This document shows positions 1-8,128 of a stretch of DNA of 24,949 nt, piece after piece. The notes beneath the pieces are model-generated. The model did no database searches and had not been told where the DNA came from. It saw nothing but the letters and a program-made list of their open reading frames with translations. Position numbers and translations under genes: made by a program. This DNA is from a virus (Duplodnaviria > Heunggongvirae > Uroviricota > Caudoviricetes), in the IMG/VR virus record IMGVR_UViG_3300022187_000019, one strand, 5' to 3'. Positions within the stretch are counted from its first letter, which is position 1; every line of letters begins with the position of its first letter.

Positions 1-127
1 TAATCACAGCGACCGCAACACGAATGATGGACTGGCGCATATCAGTCCTTGAGTTTCACCGTCAGTCGCTCGTAGCCGTTGCCTTCGCGCTGATAGTCCT
101 CAATATCCATGCCCTTCTCGGCAAGGT
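1..127. repeat. Exact 127-bp direct repeat, copy 1 (copy 2 at 736-862)
   Basis: Positions 1-127 are identical to 736-862 (offset 735). The copies diverge at 128/863. Confidence 0.97.
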
Positions 128-224
128 AGGAACCGCTTTCGACGCCACGGGCAGCTTCGGCCCACGGGTTTGCGCCTGCGACGGCCACGGCGTTGCTGCC
201 GTTCTGTTGAACGAGATTGGGCAT
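42..224 (-). pseudogene. Chimeric ORF: N-terminus of the next replication-cluster gene fused in frame to the C-terminus of the Cas4-like nuclease
   Basis: SD-like GGAG before ATG 224. MPNLVQQ...GSYL joins AEKGMDIEDY...KLKD*, which is identical to the end of 777-1835. Confidence 0.7.
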
Positions 225-280
225 TCTATCTCCAGATTTTGGAAAGGTGCGGGTAAGCCCTACCCGCGAGGGTGTGCCGA

Positions 281-568
281 TTAGGCGGTCGGCAGCGCCT
301 GCTTGATGGAGGCGACAATCTTGGCGCTCTTCATCTCTTCGGCGATCCGGTCCTCGAACTCAGCGATCGTCTCGTCCGCTTCGCGCTGGATGCGCTCCGC
401 TTCGAGATCGGCCGTGGTGCGGGTCTTTTCCTGTTCGACGCGAATGGCTTTCACCTTGGCGTCGTGAGCTTCGAGCATGTCGTCGAGCTTGGTGCTCAGT
501 CCCGAAATGAACGAGACGAGCGAGTCTGAACTCCGCGCCACAAGGCGGAGCAGCAGGTTCTGAATCAT
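281..568 (-). CDS. Hypothetical coiled-coil protein (95 aa)
   Basis: ATG 568 lies downstream of the promoter at 606-634 with a GGAAGA SD-like site; charged helical sequence. Confidence 0.7.
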   Translation of the reverse strand: MIQNLLLRLVARSSDSLVSFISGLSTKLDDMLEAHDAKVKAIRVEQEKTRTTADLEAERIQREADETIAEFEDRIAEEMKSAKIVASIKQALPTA

Positions 569-592
569 GTGGGGATGTCTTCCGTGGTCTGT

Positions 593-651
593 GTGACCGA
601 CATTCTGGCTAAACAAGTCCGGGTGGAATGTCAAGTTAAAATGTCGGTCAC
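593..651 (-). promoter_or_regulatory. Sigma70-type phage promoter flanked by a 12-bp inverted repeat
   Basis: Minus strand TTGACA (629-634)-N17-TAGCCA (606-611). GTGACCGACATT (593-604) and AATGTCGGTCAC (640-651) are inverted repeats. Confidence 0.75.
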
Positions 652-735
652 CGGATTATTTGGCTGCGATTTCGGCCTTGTGACGGGCGGTGTATTCGAG
701 GCCGGCGGGTGCGCTGTAACAAAGGGCGCTGAGCG

Positions 736-862
736 TAATCACAGCGACCGCAACACGAATGATGGACTGGCGCATATCAGTCCTTGAGTTTCACCGTCAG
801 TCGCTCGTAGCCGTTGCCTTCGCGCTGATAGTCCTCAATATCCATGCCCTTCTCGGCAAGGT
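736..862. repeat. Exact 127-bp direct repeat, copy 2 (3' end of the Cas4-like gene and downstream sequence)
   Basis: Identical to 1-127. Confidence 0.97.
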
Positions 863-1835
863 CGGCCGCGAGCGACAGGGTGTCGAGCGACTTCTTGCCG
901 GAACACCACGACAGGCTGATGGAGAAGCGATCGTCCCCTGCCCCCTTGGTGTCCTTGTCTCGGAGGATTTGCTTGATCTCCTCATCGACGAGCTTCTTGT
1001 CGTGGTCGGCCGTCTTGCTGATCTCGGCAAGCTCCTTCTGCCGGGCAGACAATACAGCGAGTCGATCCAGAATGTCGGTATCCTCGATCTTCTTCTTGGA
1101 CTTCGGCGTCGCCTCGCCCTGCGTGAAAGCACATTCCTGCGTGTATTCGCAGTAGGTGCAGCCACCGCTGATCTTGCCCTCGGCCATCAGGTCCTTGGGG
1201 TCCTCGCAGGAGAATACCTGCGTGGCGCGGGCCTTGGCCGCCTCGTAAATCTTCGGGTCGCGCTTGACCACGAACGGCCGGATGTCCGACAACCACGAGG
1301 CGTTGAAGTAGATGATCACCGCATATTCGGGGCGGTATTCGGTCAGTTCGTGGATCAAGCCCATCTGGACCTGCGTCTGGCCGGCGTGGATCGCCTTCTC
1401 TTCCTTGATCGTGGCGCGCGGATCGAACGACTTGTATTCGATCACGACACAGTCGGACTCGATGTCGTCGATCCCAAGCTGGGCCAGCGCGTCGAATTCC
1501 AAGCCGATCGCGAGACCGTCAGGCGTGGCCGACAGGCGGCCCTTCTTCAAGGTCTCCTGCTCATCACCAGCATAGAGCAGTTCGGCACCTTCGGGCATCA
1601 CTGCCTTGGTGGCCGGCACGGCGAAGTAATTTTCGATGATGTCGCCGCGCTTGGCAGCGCCCCAATCGGCCTCGTGGCCGTCATCGACATCATACTGGAA
1701 CTTCTTGAAGTATGCGGCGCGAATACAGCCGAAGGTTTCGGATGCACCGAGGGACGCATTACGGTCATACTTCCACGATTTCTCGGCGGAGTTCGAGTAA
1801 GCGTCGAACATGTTTTCGAAATTGATTGCAGCCAT
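777..1835 (-). CDS. Cas4-like PD-(D/E)XK exonuclease with 4Fe-4S cysteines
   Basis: N-terminal Cys (GCIR), ATPDG...IEYKS nuclease core, QTQVQM motif, C-terminal CxxC-x5-C. ATG overlaps the upstream TGA. Confidence 0.85.
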   Translation of the reverse strand: MAAINFENMFDAYSNSAEKSWKYDRNASLGASETFGCIRAAYFKKFQYDVDDGHEADWGAAKRGDIIENYFAVPATKAVMPEGAELLYAGDEQETLKKGRLSATPDGLAIGLEFDALAQLGIDDIESDCVVIEYKSFDPRATIKEEKAIHAGQTQVQMGLIHELTEYRPEYAVIIYFNASWLSDIRPFVVKRDPKIYEAAKARATQVFSCEDPKDLMAEGKISGGCTYCEYTQECAFTQGEATPKSKKKIEDTDILDRLAVLSARQKELAEISKTADHDKKLVDEEIKQILRDKDTKGAGDDRFSISLSWCSGKKSLDTLSLAADLAEKGMDIEDYQREGNGYERLTVKLKD

Positions 1836-2377
1836 CAGGGAGCCATCTTGGTCTGGAGGCCATACTTGGCGCTCGTGAGGTTGAATTTGTGGGCGACACA
1901 TTCGCCTGCATCCACACCGAAACTCTCGCCGATCCAGTGGACCAGACAGATGATCTCGTTGAGGTTGTGCATCATGTCGTCGAGCGAGCCTCGGGCACCG
2001 ACCATGCCGAAGCGTTCCCGCTCCTGCTTCTTGATCGTGTTCGAGACGTTCCCGACTTCAATCGCCAGATCGACGAGTTGGTCGGTGACGATGCGGGCGT
2101 CTGCATGGCCCCGGCGGGGTTTTACCGGCCAGCGCGTGATGAGCGGCCGGCCGACGCGCAGGCCGATCAGATCGCAGCAGATGATGACATCGCCGATCTC
2201 CTCACGGAGAGCTTCATAATCATCACCGCCGTTGATCAGATCGACCGTCGCGGAGATCAGTTCACCAGCTTCACCGGCGAGTTCGTTGCCGGAGTAGGAC
2301 AGGTCGATGTTGCCACCGGTGTCCCACTCCGCCTGCCGGGCGACGTTGGCTTCGCGGAGTGAGAAAAACTGCATCAC
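1835..2377 (-). CDS. MazG-like NTP pyrophosphohydrolase with an internally duplicated domain
   Basis: ELAGEAGE...EEIGDV motifs in repeat 1; degenerate second copy; KFNLTSAKYGL tail. Confidence 0.75.
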   Translation of the reverse strand: MMQFFSLREANVARQAEWDTGGNIDLSYSGNELAGEAGELISATVDLINGGDDYEALREEIGDVIICCDLIGLRVGRPLITRWPVKPRRGHADARIVTDQLVDLAIEVGNVSNTIKKQERERFGMVGARGSLDDMMHNLNEIICLVHWIGESFGVDAGECVAHKFNLTSAKYGLQTKMAP

Positions 2378-2853
2378 TCGTCGTCGCCTGTGTCATCATC
2401 GTCCCGGCCGTCATCCATCGATTCCGGGATGCGGCGACGCAGGAAGCGCTCCAGTTCTTCGAACACTTCGACCAGCGAGACGAAATTATAGACGCCGCTG
2501 TCCTCATTGTTCACCAGTTCCACGGCGATCGCTCGCTCGTAGATGTCGAACTCACCGTCATCGTGGAGGACGATCAACGGCTCGTTGTCCGCCTCCTCCG
2601 TGATTTCGACGCTGGTGTAGAGGAACGCGGTGCCGTCGTTCTCATCGACCAGTTCGAGATCGTAGTCGGTGTTGAGATAGTCGATGACTTCGATCATGGT
2701 CGCCGAGCCGAGATAGGCCGAGCTACCCTTGATGTAGTCGAGGTCGCCTGCGAAGGCGATTTCCCAATCACCATTGTCGTAGAAGACAAAGGCCGGGGTT
2801 CCCGGAGAGTCCCGATCGGGGACCTCCGTGTCGAGGAACAGCAATGTGGACAT
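2374..2853 (-). CDS. Hypothetical acidic protein with an internal repeat
   Basis: Coupled start/stop. PAFVFYDNGDWEI and PLIVLHDDGEFDI are repeats. Confidence 0.75.
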   Translation of the reverse strand: MSTLLFLDTEVPDRDSPGTPAFVFYDNGDWEIAFAGDLDYIKGSSAYLGSATMIEVIDYLNTDYDLELVDENDGTAFLYTSVEITEEADNEPLIVLHDDGEFDIYERAIAVELVNNEDSGVYNFVSLVEVFEELERFLRRRIPESMDDGRDDDDTGDDE

Positions 2854-2878
2854 TCAGATGCTTTCGATTAGCGGGGCA

Positions 2879-3061
2879 TCAACCGACCGGGCTTTCAGCC
2901 ATGCCGATCATATTCCGTCCTGCTGCATCGAAGGAGGCGAAAGGCCCCTTCAATGCGCCGCCGGCCGGGTGGCGGTAGAACCAGTTGCCCCGCTCTTTGT
3001 TGAACTGGTCGCCGCTGTGGAAGGGAACCCCGATGGGGAAGTGAAGCTGGGGCGGCTCCAT
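2879..3061 (-). CDS. Possible small hypothetical protein
   Basis: Fills the gap in the operon; start is uncertain. Confidence 0.4.
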   Translation of the reverse strand: MEPPQLHFPIGVPFHSGDQFNKERGNWFYRHPAGGALKGPFASFDAAGRNMIGMAESPVG

Positions 3062-3101
3062 GACGACAACATTCGCCCGCCCCTGATCGTTGTGTTCGGA
3101 C

Positions 3102-3803
3102 TCACGCGGCAGCACATACGTTCTCCAGAAAGTCCTCACGGAGGAGGCCGGCGCGAGCGAGGCGGTAGACATCCTTGTCGAATGCACCGAGTTCGATCAG
3201 CTTGTGGAAGAGACGGCGGGTTGCCTTGATGTCCACGATGGCCGAGTGCGCGTTCTCCAGTTCCTCGTTGAAGAAGAACATCGTCGCCTCGTCGAGGCGC
3301 GGCCACTTGTAGGCCGTCTTGGTGTTCTTCTTGGGGATTTTGCAGATCGGCGTCGCGGCCTTCATCGTGCAGAGCGACGGCTTACCGGCGAAGACGATGT
3401 CGGGATTCTTCGCCTTGGGCTGGAGCCGGGCGTATTCGGCCGCCATCACCTTCAAGTCGAAAGCGGTGTTGTGGCAGACGATCACGTCGGCATGTTCGGC
3501 CGCGATCACGAACAGTTCGACCGCATCGGCGATAGGGATACCATCCGCCTCGCACAACTCGGGCGTGATGCCGGTGACTTCCGACGCACGGTGCGAGATG
3601 ATCGACGGCGGGAGGATACCGTTCGGGTCTTCGTGAACGAACCAGTTGTCCGGCTTGATCAGCGCGTCCACGGTCATCACGTCAACGCCGTTGCGCTCCA
3701 GAATGAAGCCAAGCTGCGTGATGTTCGGCTGGATGGTCTCGTAGGTCTCCGTGCATTTGCGCGGCAGGCCGGTCGATTCCGTGTCGAAGTAGAGGACGTT
3801 CAA
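3102..3803 (-). CDS. DEDDh 3'-5' exonuclease (DNA Pol III epsilon-like)
   Basis: FDTESTG, HNTAFD and AHSAIVD motifs. Confidence 0.9.
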   Translation of the reverse strand: MNVLYFDTESTGLPRKCTETYETIQPNITQLGFILERNGVDVMTVDALIKPDNWFVHEDPNGILPPSIISHRASEVTGITPELCEADGIPIADAVELFVIAAEHADVIVCHNTAFDLKVMAAEYARLQPKAKNPDIVFAGKPSLCTMKAATPICKIPKKNTKTAYKWPRLDEATMFFFNEELENAHSAIVDIKATRRLFHKLIELGAFDKDVYRLARAGLLREDFLENVCAAA

Positions 3804-4156
3804 TGGACGCTCCCTTCTTCGGCCGAGGAACGGAGCAGAGCTTCCGACATGAAGCCGGGCGTCAGCGTGCGCTTGGCCTGCTCCGTGATCTGCTCGGTCA
3901 CCGCCTCGTCGAGGACGGCGTCCATTTCAGCGTTGCGGAGGCCCAGATGGACGGCGTTGTGGATCAGGCTGAACAGCCAGAAGCGAACGGCCAGCACAAC
4001 CAGCGGGACCGCAGCGGCGGCCCAAGGAGTCAGGCCGAAGTAGGCCGTGACGCACAGCGCGCCGGCCAGCAGACCAGTGCCCACCAGATGAGCCTTCGAG
4101 GCCGGTCCGGTGTTCTTGGTGTATTCGTATGGAAGGGAGAGGTCGTCGGGTTGCAT
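3800..4156 (-). CDS. Hypothetical membrane protein
   Basis: Two hydrophobic segments; first gene after the promoter at 4178-4206. Confidence 0.7.
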   Translation of the reverse strand: MQPDDLSLPYEYTKNTGPASKAHLVGTGLLAGALCVTAYFGLTPWAAAAVPLVVLAVRFWLFSLIHNAVHLGLRNAEMDAVLDEAVTEQITEQAKRTLTPGFMSEALLRSSAEEGSVH

Positions 4157-4177
4157 CGGGTCTCTTTCGATGGTGTG

Positions 4178-4221
4178 TTGGTAATTGAAACTTGACCGAA
4201 TGTCAAGTGAGAATGTCGGTC
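4178..4221 (-). promoter_or_regulatory. Phage promoter with conserved upstream element and a palindrome over the -35 box
   Basis: TTGACA (4201-4206)-N17-TACCAA; upstream ACCGACATTCTCAC; ACTTGAC-N5-GTCAAGT palindrome at 4190-4208. Confidence 0.75.
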
Positions 4222-6475
4222 AGTGCGTGTCTGACCACGACATCCCATTGGCGGCCGAGGCTTCGACCGGGAGGGCGAACTGGAGATACTGACCACACTC
4301 CAGAGCCGCATCTAGGCAGATACGCTCGACGGTCTTTTCCAGCCCTTCCCGGCAGGCGATCTGGACTTCGTCATGGACCCACGCGCAGAACACGAAGTCC
4401 TTGTCCCATCCATATTCCAGCCCTTCCTCTTGGAGCTTGTCCTCGATAAAAATGAGCCACCAGTTGGCGATCGTCGCGCCCATGCCTTGCAGATCGGTGT
4501 TCAGCGCAGCGTGCTTGGAGCGGACGAACAGACGGCGACCGTCCAGACCCACGAGGAACTTTCGCGACGCCTGCCGCTGAATGTCCCGGATGACCTTGTT
4601 CAAGGCCGGAAGGTTTTTCAGGAAGCGTTGCTTGAGTTCCTTACCGATCTTCGCCTGTTGAACCGGCGAGGACAGAGGAGAAACGATCTTGCCGATCTTC
4701 TCATCGCCTGCACCGTAAAGGAATGCGTAAATAAAGGTCTTCGCCGTATCACGCGTTTCCAGTTCAGCAAGGCGCTGATTTTCGGAGTGGATGTCGCCTT
4801 CAAGCAGAACTTGACCGTAGGCACCGCCATCATACTTGGCCATTTCATGCGCCAAGCAACGAAGTTCGATGCCCGCCAAGTCGGACCCGACCAGACGCCA
4901 GCCCTCGAACACCGTGAACAGCGAGCGGCATTCATAGCCCCAGCCGCCCTTGAGTCCGAGGATGATGACTTCGAACATCCGGTCATCGCCGGCCTTGGCC
5001 TTGCCCTTCTCGACGATCGCTTCCCCGGCCTGATAGGTCGCGGGCAGTAGATGCCAGTCATCACACCGCTGGTGATCGACCATCACGAGCACCGGGCCGC
5101 CCCGGAAGTTCGCGTTCGGCCGGACGATGCCGGTCGGATTGGCGATCTGGCTAAGCTGGCCGTAGCTCGCCTTCTTCTTGCGGACCGCCGGCACCTGAGC
5201 GAGGTTGGGGAATGCGTGGGTCGCACGCGTCGTCACCGCGCCGCAGGGGTTGGTGTAGGCGTGGATGCAGCCGGAGGTTTCGTTGTAGACCTTGAGCCAT
5301 GCCTGTTTGCCGTCGGCCAACTGGCCCATCAGCTTGCGGATCGCGAGCAGATCGGCGAGGTCTTCGGCGACAGGGAAGCGATCGACGATACGCCGCAGGA
5401 TCACGTCGTTGGCTTTGACGTTGCCCTTCTCGGTGTAGTCCTCGTCTTCCGGCTCCCAGCCCATGTCCTGCAAGCGATCGGTGATCTGCTGGCGGCTGGT
5501 CGGTTTGAATTCCTGCCAAGTGATGGGCGTGAACCACGCGCCTTCGCTGTAGCGAGGACGCAGCGGGTCCTTGAACTTCGCGGCGGCCTTACCCTTCTGT
5601 TCCGGGTAGCCATACCAGCGAAGGTCTTCCACCTCCTCCTCGGAGTTGTAGAAGCGTGGGAACTCGCCACCCTTGACGTTCCGCCCGATCGGGGGAGTGT
5701 CCATCCGCTTCTTGGGAATGATGCGGCCGGGGAAGCTGATCGCCAGCTTCTCTTCGAGGCGCTTCTGTTCGACGACCAGTTCGGCCGCCAGAATGCGGGC
5801 GCGTGGCGCATCGAACGGGAAGCCGTTGTCCTGCTGGCGCGACATGAGGTCAGCCAAGCGGTGCTGGACATAGACGGAGTCCGGCGATGACTCGCGGCTC
5901 TCGATCATCTTGACCAGCAGCATGGTCACGTCAACGTCGTTCGAGCAGTAGTCTTCAAGCTGCTCGGTCCAGCGCCCCCAGACCCAGAAGCGCATCTCCT
6001 CGGAGTCCTTGAGGTAGCCGCGCGCCAGACCCTCGGCTTCCTTGATCGCCTTGTAGTCGCCCTTGTAGAGGCCGAGACGCTGGCCCCAGCTATCGAGCGT
6101 GTGCTTGCCGATCAGCTTGCCTTCGAGCTTACCGGCCTCGAAAAGCCTAAAATCCTTATCTTTCTGATCTGGGAACAGGAGGCGAGCGAGGACCAGAGTA
6201 TCGCGGATGCGTGCCTGCGGCGTCCAGTCGAACAGATACTCCAACATCGGAATATCGTATGCGACGATGTTGTGGCCCCAAATCTCCTCGGCGTCGTCAA
6301 GCAACGCGAAGAGCTTGTGGATGGTATCCTCGCGCTTGTTCTTGCGGAACACGAAGCGCTGGCCAGTGTCATAGTCACGGACGACGACGCAATGACAGAC
6401 CGTAACCTGATCCAACAGGCCATCGGTTTCGGCGTCGAACACGAGCCGACGGTGTTTTTTGGGCTTAATGAGCAA
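4220..6475 (-). CDS. polA: Family A DNA polymerase, T7-like, with 3'-5' exonuclease and no 5' exonuclease
   Basis: FDAETDG exo I, HNIVAYD exo II, DLAGIELR (motif A), RDTAKTFIYAFLYG (motif B), WVHDEVQ (motif C). TTG start. Confidence 0.96.
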   Translation of the reverse strand: MLIKPKKHRRLVFDAETDGLLDQVTVCHCVVVRDYDTGQRFVFRKNKREDTIHKLFALLDDAEEIWGHNIVAYDIPMLEYLFDWTPQARIRDTLVLARLLFPDQKDKDFRLFEAGKLEGKLIGKHTLDSWGQRLGLYKGDYKAIKEAEGLARGYLKDSEEMRFWVWGRWTEQLEDYCSNDVDVTMLLVKMIESRESSPDSVYVQHRLADLMSRQQDNGFPFDAPRARILAAELVVEQKRLEEKLAISFPGRIIPKKRMDTPPIGRNVKGGEFPRFYNSEEEVEDLRWYGYPEQKGKAAAKFKDPLRPRYSEGAWFTPITWQEFKPTSRQQITDRLQDMGWEPEDEDYTEKGNVKANDVILRRIVDRFPVAEDLADLLAIRKLMGQLADGKQAWLKVYNETSGCIHAYTNPCGAVTTRATHAFPNLAQVPAVRKKKASYGQLSQIANPTGIVRPNANFRGGPVLVMVDHQRCDDWHLLPATYQAGEAIVEKGKAKAGDDRMFEVIILGLKGGWGYECRSLFTVFEGWRLVGSDLAGIELRCLAHEMAKYDGGAYGQVLLEGDIHSENQRLAELETRDTAKTFIYAFLYGAGDEKIGKIVSPLSSPVQQAKIGKELKQRFLKNLPALNKVIRDIQRQASRKFLVGLDGRRLFVRSKHAALNTDLQGMGATIANWWLIFIEDKLQEEGLEYGWDKDFVFCAWVHDEVQIACREGLEKTVERICLDAALECGQYLQFALPVEASAANGMSWSDTH

Positions 6476-6502
6476 GGGAAGACCTATTCAGGTTGGACGA
6501 AC

Positions 6503-6548
6503 CGTAAAGCAGAACTGTCCGTGAATGTCAAGTGAGAATGGCGGTCAC
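6503..6548 (-). promoter_or_regulatory. Phage promoter for polA
   Basis: ACCGCCATTCTCAC-TTGACA (6526-6531)-N17-TTTACG. Confidence 0.75.
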
Positions 6549-6967
6549 GGGCAGCAGCGCGGGCTTCCTCCACAATAGCTCATATCCGGGTCGAAACCGT
6601 CTTCGTCAGGATCGCAGGGATATTCGTAGGAGCGATCGCATCCCCGGCAGGTCGCCATGATCTTGCCGTCGGATTCCCACAGGCCGTCGGGCAGCATCGT
6701 TTCGGGTTCAGGGGCGTTGGCTTTTTCCATGATGGACTCGCAATGACAGGGAAGAGGGACGCACCAGCAGACGAGGTCTTTTCCTCGCAGGGCCGACACG
6801 TCGAGATCGGGAAGCACCTCGTTCTTGAAGCGCTCAATGACACGGGCGCGGGAGCCATGGGTTCCGCCGATGAAGGGGTTCCCGTATGGCGTCCCGCGCC
6901 CGCAATAGATCGCGCCCTTGGGGATCGGGATGCGGTGTTTGTGTCGCAGATTATAGAGACGCGGCAT
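6545..6967 (-). CDS. DUF4326-family protein with a Cys-rich C-terminal extension
   Basis: IYCGRGTPYGNPF and LRGKDLVCWCVPLPCH motifs. Confidence 0.8.
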   Translation of the reverse strand: MPRLYNLRHKHRIPIPKGAIYCGRGTPYGNPFIGGTHGSRARVIERFKNEVLPDLDVSALRGKDLVCWCVPLPCHCESIMEKANAPEPETMLPDGLWESDGKIMATCRGCDRSYEYPCDPDEDGFDPDMSYCGGSPRCCP

Positions 6968-7080
6968 CAGGTCGTGCGCGGCTCATCGTCGTCATCATCG
7001 TCGCGGTCCAACCAGTCGTAGATGGCGTCCACGAGCATGGAACCGGCGACGAAGATGGCGAGCAAGGTCAGGGCGTCCAT
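6967..7080 (-). CDS. 37-aa single-pass membrane peptide (not in the ORF track)
   Basis: GGAG SD. MDALTLLAIFVAGSMLVDAIYDWLDRDDDDDDEPRTT*. TGA overlaps the next ATG. Confidence 0.7.
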   Translation of the reverse strand: MDALTLLAIFVAGSMLVDAIYDWLDRDDDDDDEPRTT

Positions 7081-7096
7081 GCTCCGCTCGAAAGCG

Positions 7097-7636
7097 TCAT
7101 AGGTCGAGGGCAAGCTGGCCTCCTTCGGTTACGTCAAAGGGTTCGGGTTCCGGGGAGGGTTCGTCGAACTGGAGGTAGCCGGCGTCCTTCGACATCTCGC
7201 GGGCGATCTGCTCGAAGAAGGTGTGGTAGCCATAGTCGTGGCAGACCACGACGCCGTCGAGCAGGCCGAAGTTCCCGTAGTGGATGTCTGCGAAGGCTTT
7301 GGGGATCACCCCTCCCCTCGTCCGGGTCAGCGCCGCTTTGAAATCCTTGTCACACTGGAACGGCTGGGTGCGTCCCTGCACCAAGACGTTGCCATAGGAG
7401 TCAATGTCGTAGCAGGGCGCGAACCAATCACGCACCGGCCAGTCCTTCAATTCCTGCCAGATCAAATATTCTGTCTGGTTGTGAAAGGTCTTGCCGGAAT
7501 GCTCGACCTTGAGGACTCGCGTCTTGTCATGCAAGATTTCATAGACATGGCGCGAAGCCCCACGGCCGATACATTCACCGACAAAGATATTCAGCGTCGA
7601 GTTCTTGAGGTTGATTACCTCGTCGGTGATGTGCAT
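7097..7636 (-). CDS. Minimal Ser/Thr protein kinase-like protein
   Basis: IGRGASRHVY (Gly loop), VLK, DIHYGN (catalytic loop), DYG (DFG equivalent). Confidence 0.8.
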   Translation of the reverse strand: MHITDEVINLKNSTLNIFVGECIGRGASRHVYEILHDKTRVLKVEHSGKTFHNQTEYLIWQELKDWPVRDWFAPCYDIDSYGNVLVQGRTQPFQCDKDFKAALTRTRGGVIPKAFADIHYGNFGLLDGVVVCHDYGYHTFFEQIAREMSKDAGYLQFDEPSPEPEPFDVTEGGQLALDL

Positions 7637-7965
7637 CAGTAGGCTCGCTCGAACAGGATCACGGTCATCGGCGTGTCCGGGTTGGCCTCCGGGTATTTCT
7701 CCCGGAGCCAAGCCATCGCCGCTTCATCACTCCCGTGGCCCGACCGGCGCGCATGGACATCGGCGATCCCGATCAGCGTCGTCTTGATCACCGACGAGAC
7801 GAACACCGTCAGCGGGAGATAATTCCCGTTGGTCGCGGCGAACGTCATGCGGCCGGGTTCGATCTTCCGGTCGCCGATACGGATGCTGGCAGTGATGGAG
7901 CCGTCGAGGACGCCCGGAAAAAGGGCGTCGTCGAGCAGCAGGTTGGGTGTGCTGGCGTTAAGCAT
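7636..7965 (-). CDS. ASCH domain protein
   Basis: GSITASIR (GxKTxTIR-like), ARRSG...LREKYP pattern. Confidence 0.75.
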   Translation of the reverse strand: MLNASTPNLLLDDALFPGVLDGSITASIRIGDRKIEPGRMTFAATNGNYLPLTVFVSSVIKTTLIGIADVHARRSGHGSDEAAMAWLREKYPEANPDTPMTVILFERAY

Positions 7966-8128
7966 CAACCGACGGAGCCTCCAAGTGACGGCTGTTGACG
8001 CAGAGCGCGAGGTTGTCCCTGATCTGATCCAAGACGAACTGCGCCGGGTCCTCGACCAGATCGAGCATGAACTCGTCGATCTCGATCTGGCCGCCGAAGG
8101 TGTTGTTCATTTCGACCGTAATTCTCAC
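7958..8128 (-). CDS. 56-aa hypothetical protein
   Basis: GTG overlaps the TGA of the upstream gene; in the 3' part of the track ORF 7958..8446. Confidence 0.6.
   Translation of the reverse strand: MRITVEMNNTFGGQIEIDEFMLDLVEDPAQFVLDQIRDNLALCVNSRHLEAPSVDA

Noticed and set aside
777-1835. Cas4-like gene as part of a CRISPR system
   Set aside because: No repeat-spacer array or other cas genes; stand-alone Cas4-like nucleases are common in phage replication modules.
4943-5183. Intein in PolA
   Set aside because: No C/S start or HN/HQ end, and it is too short.
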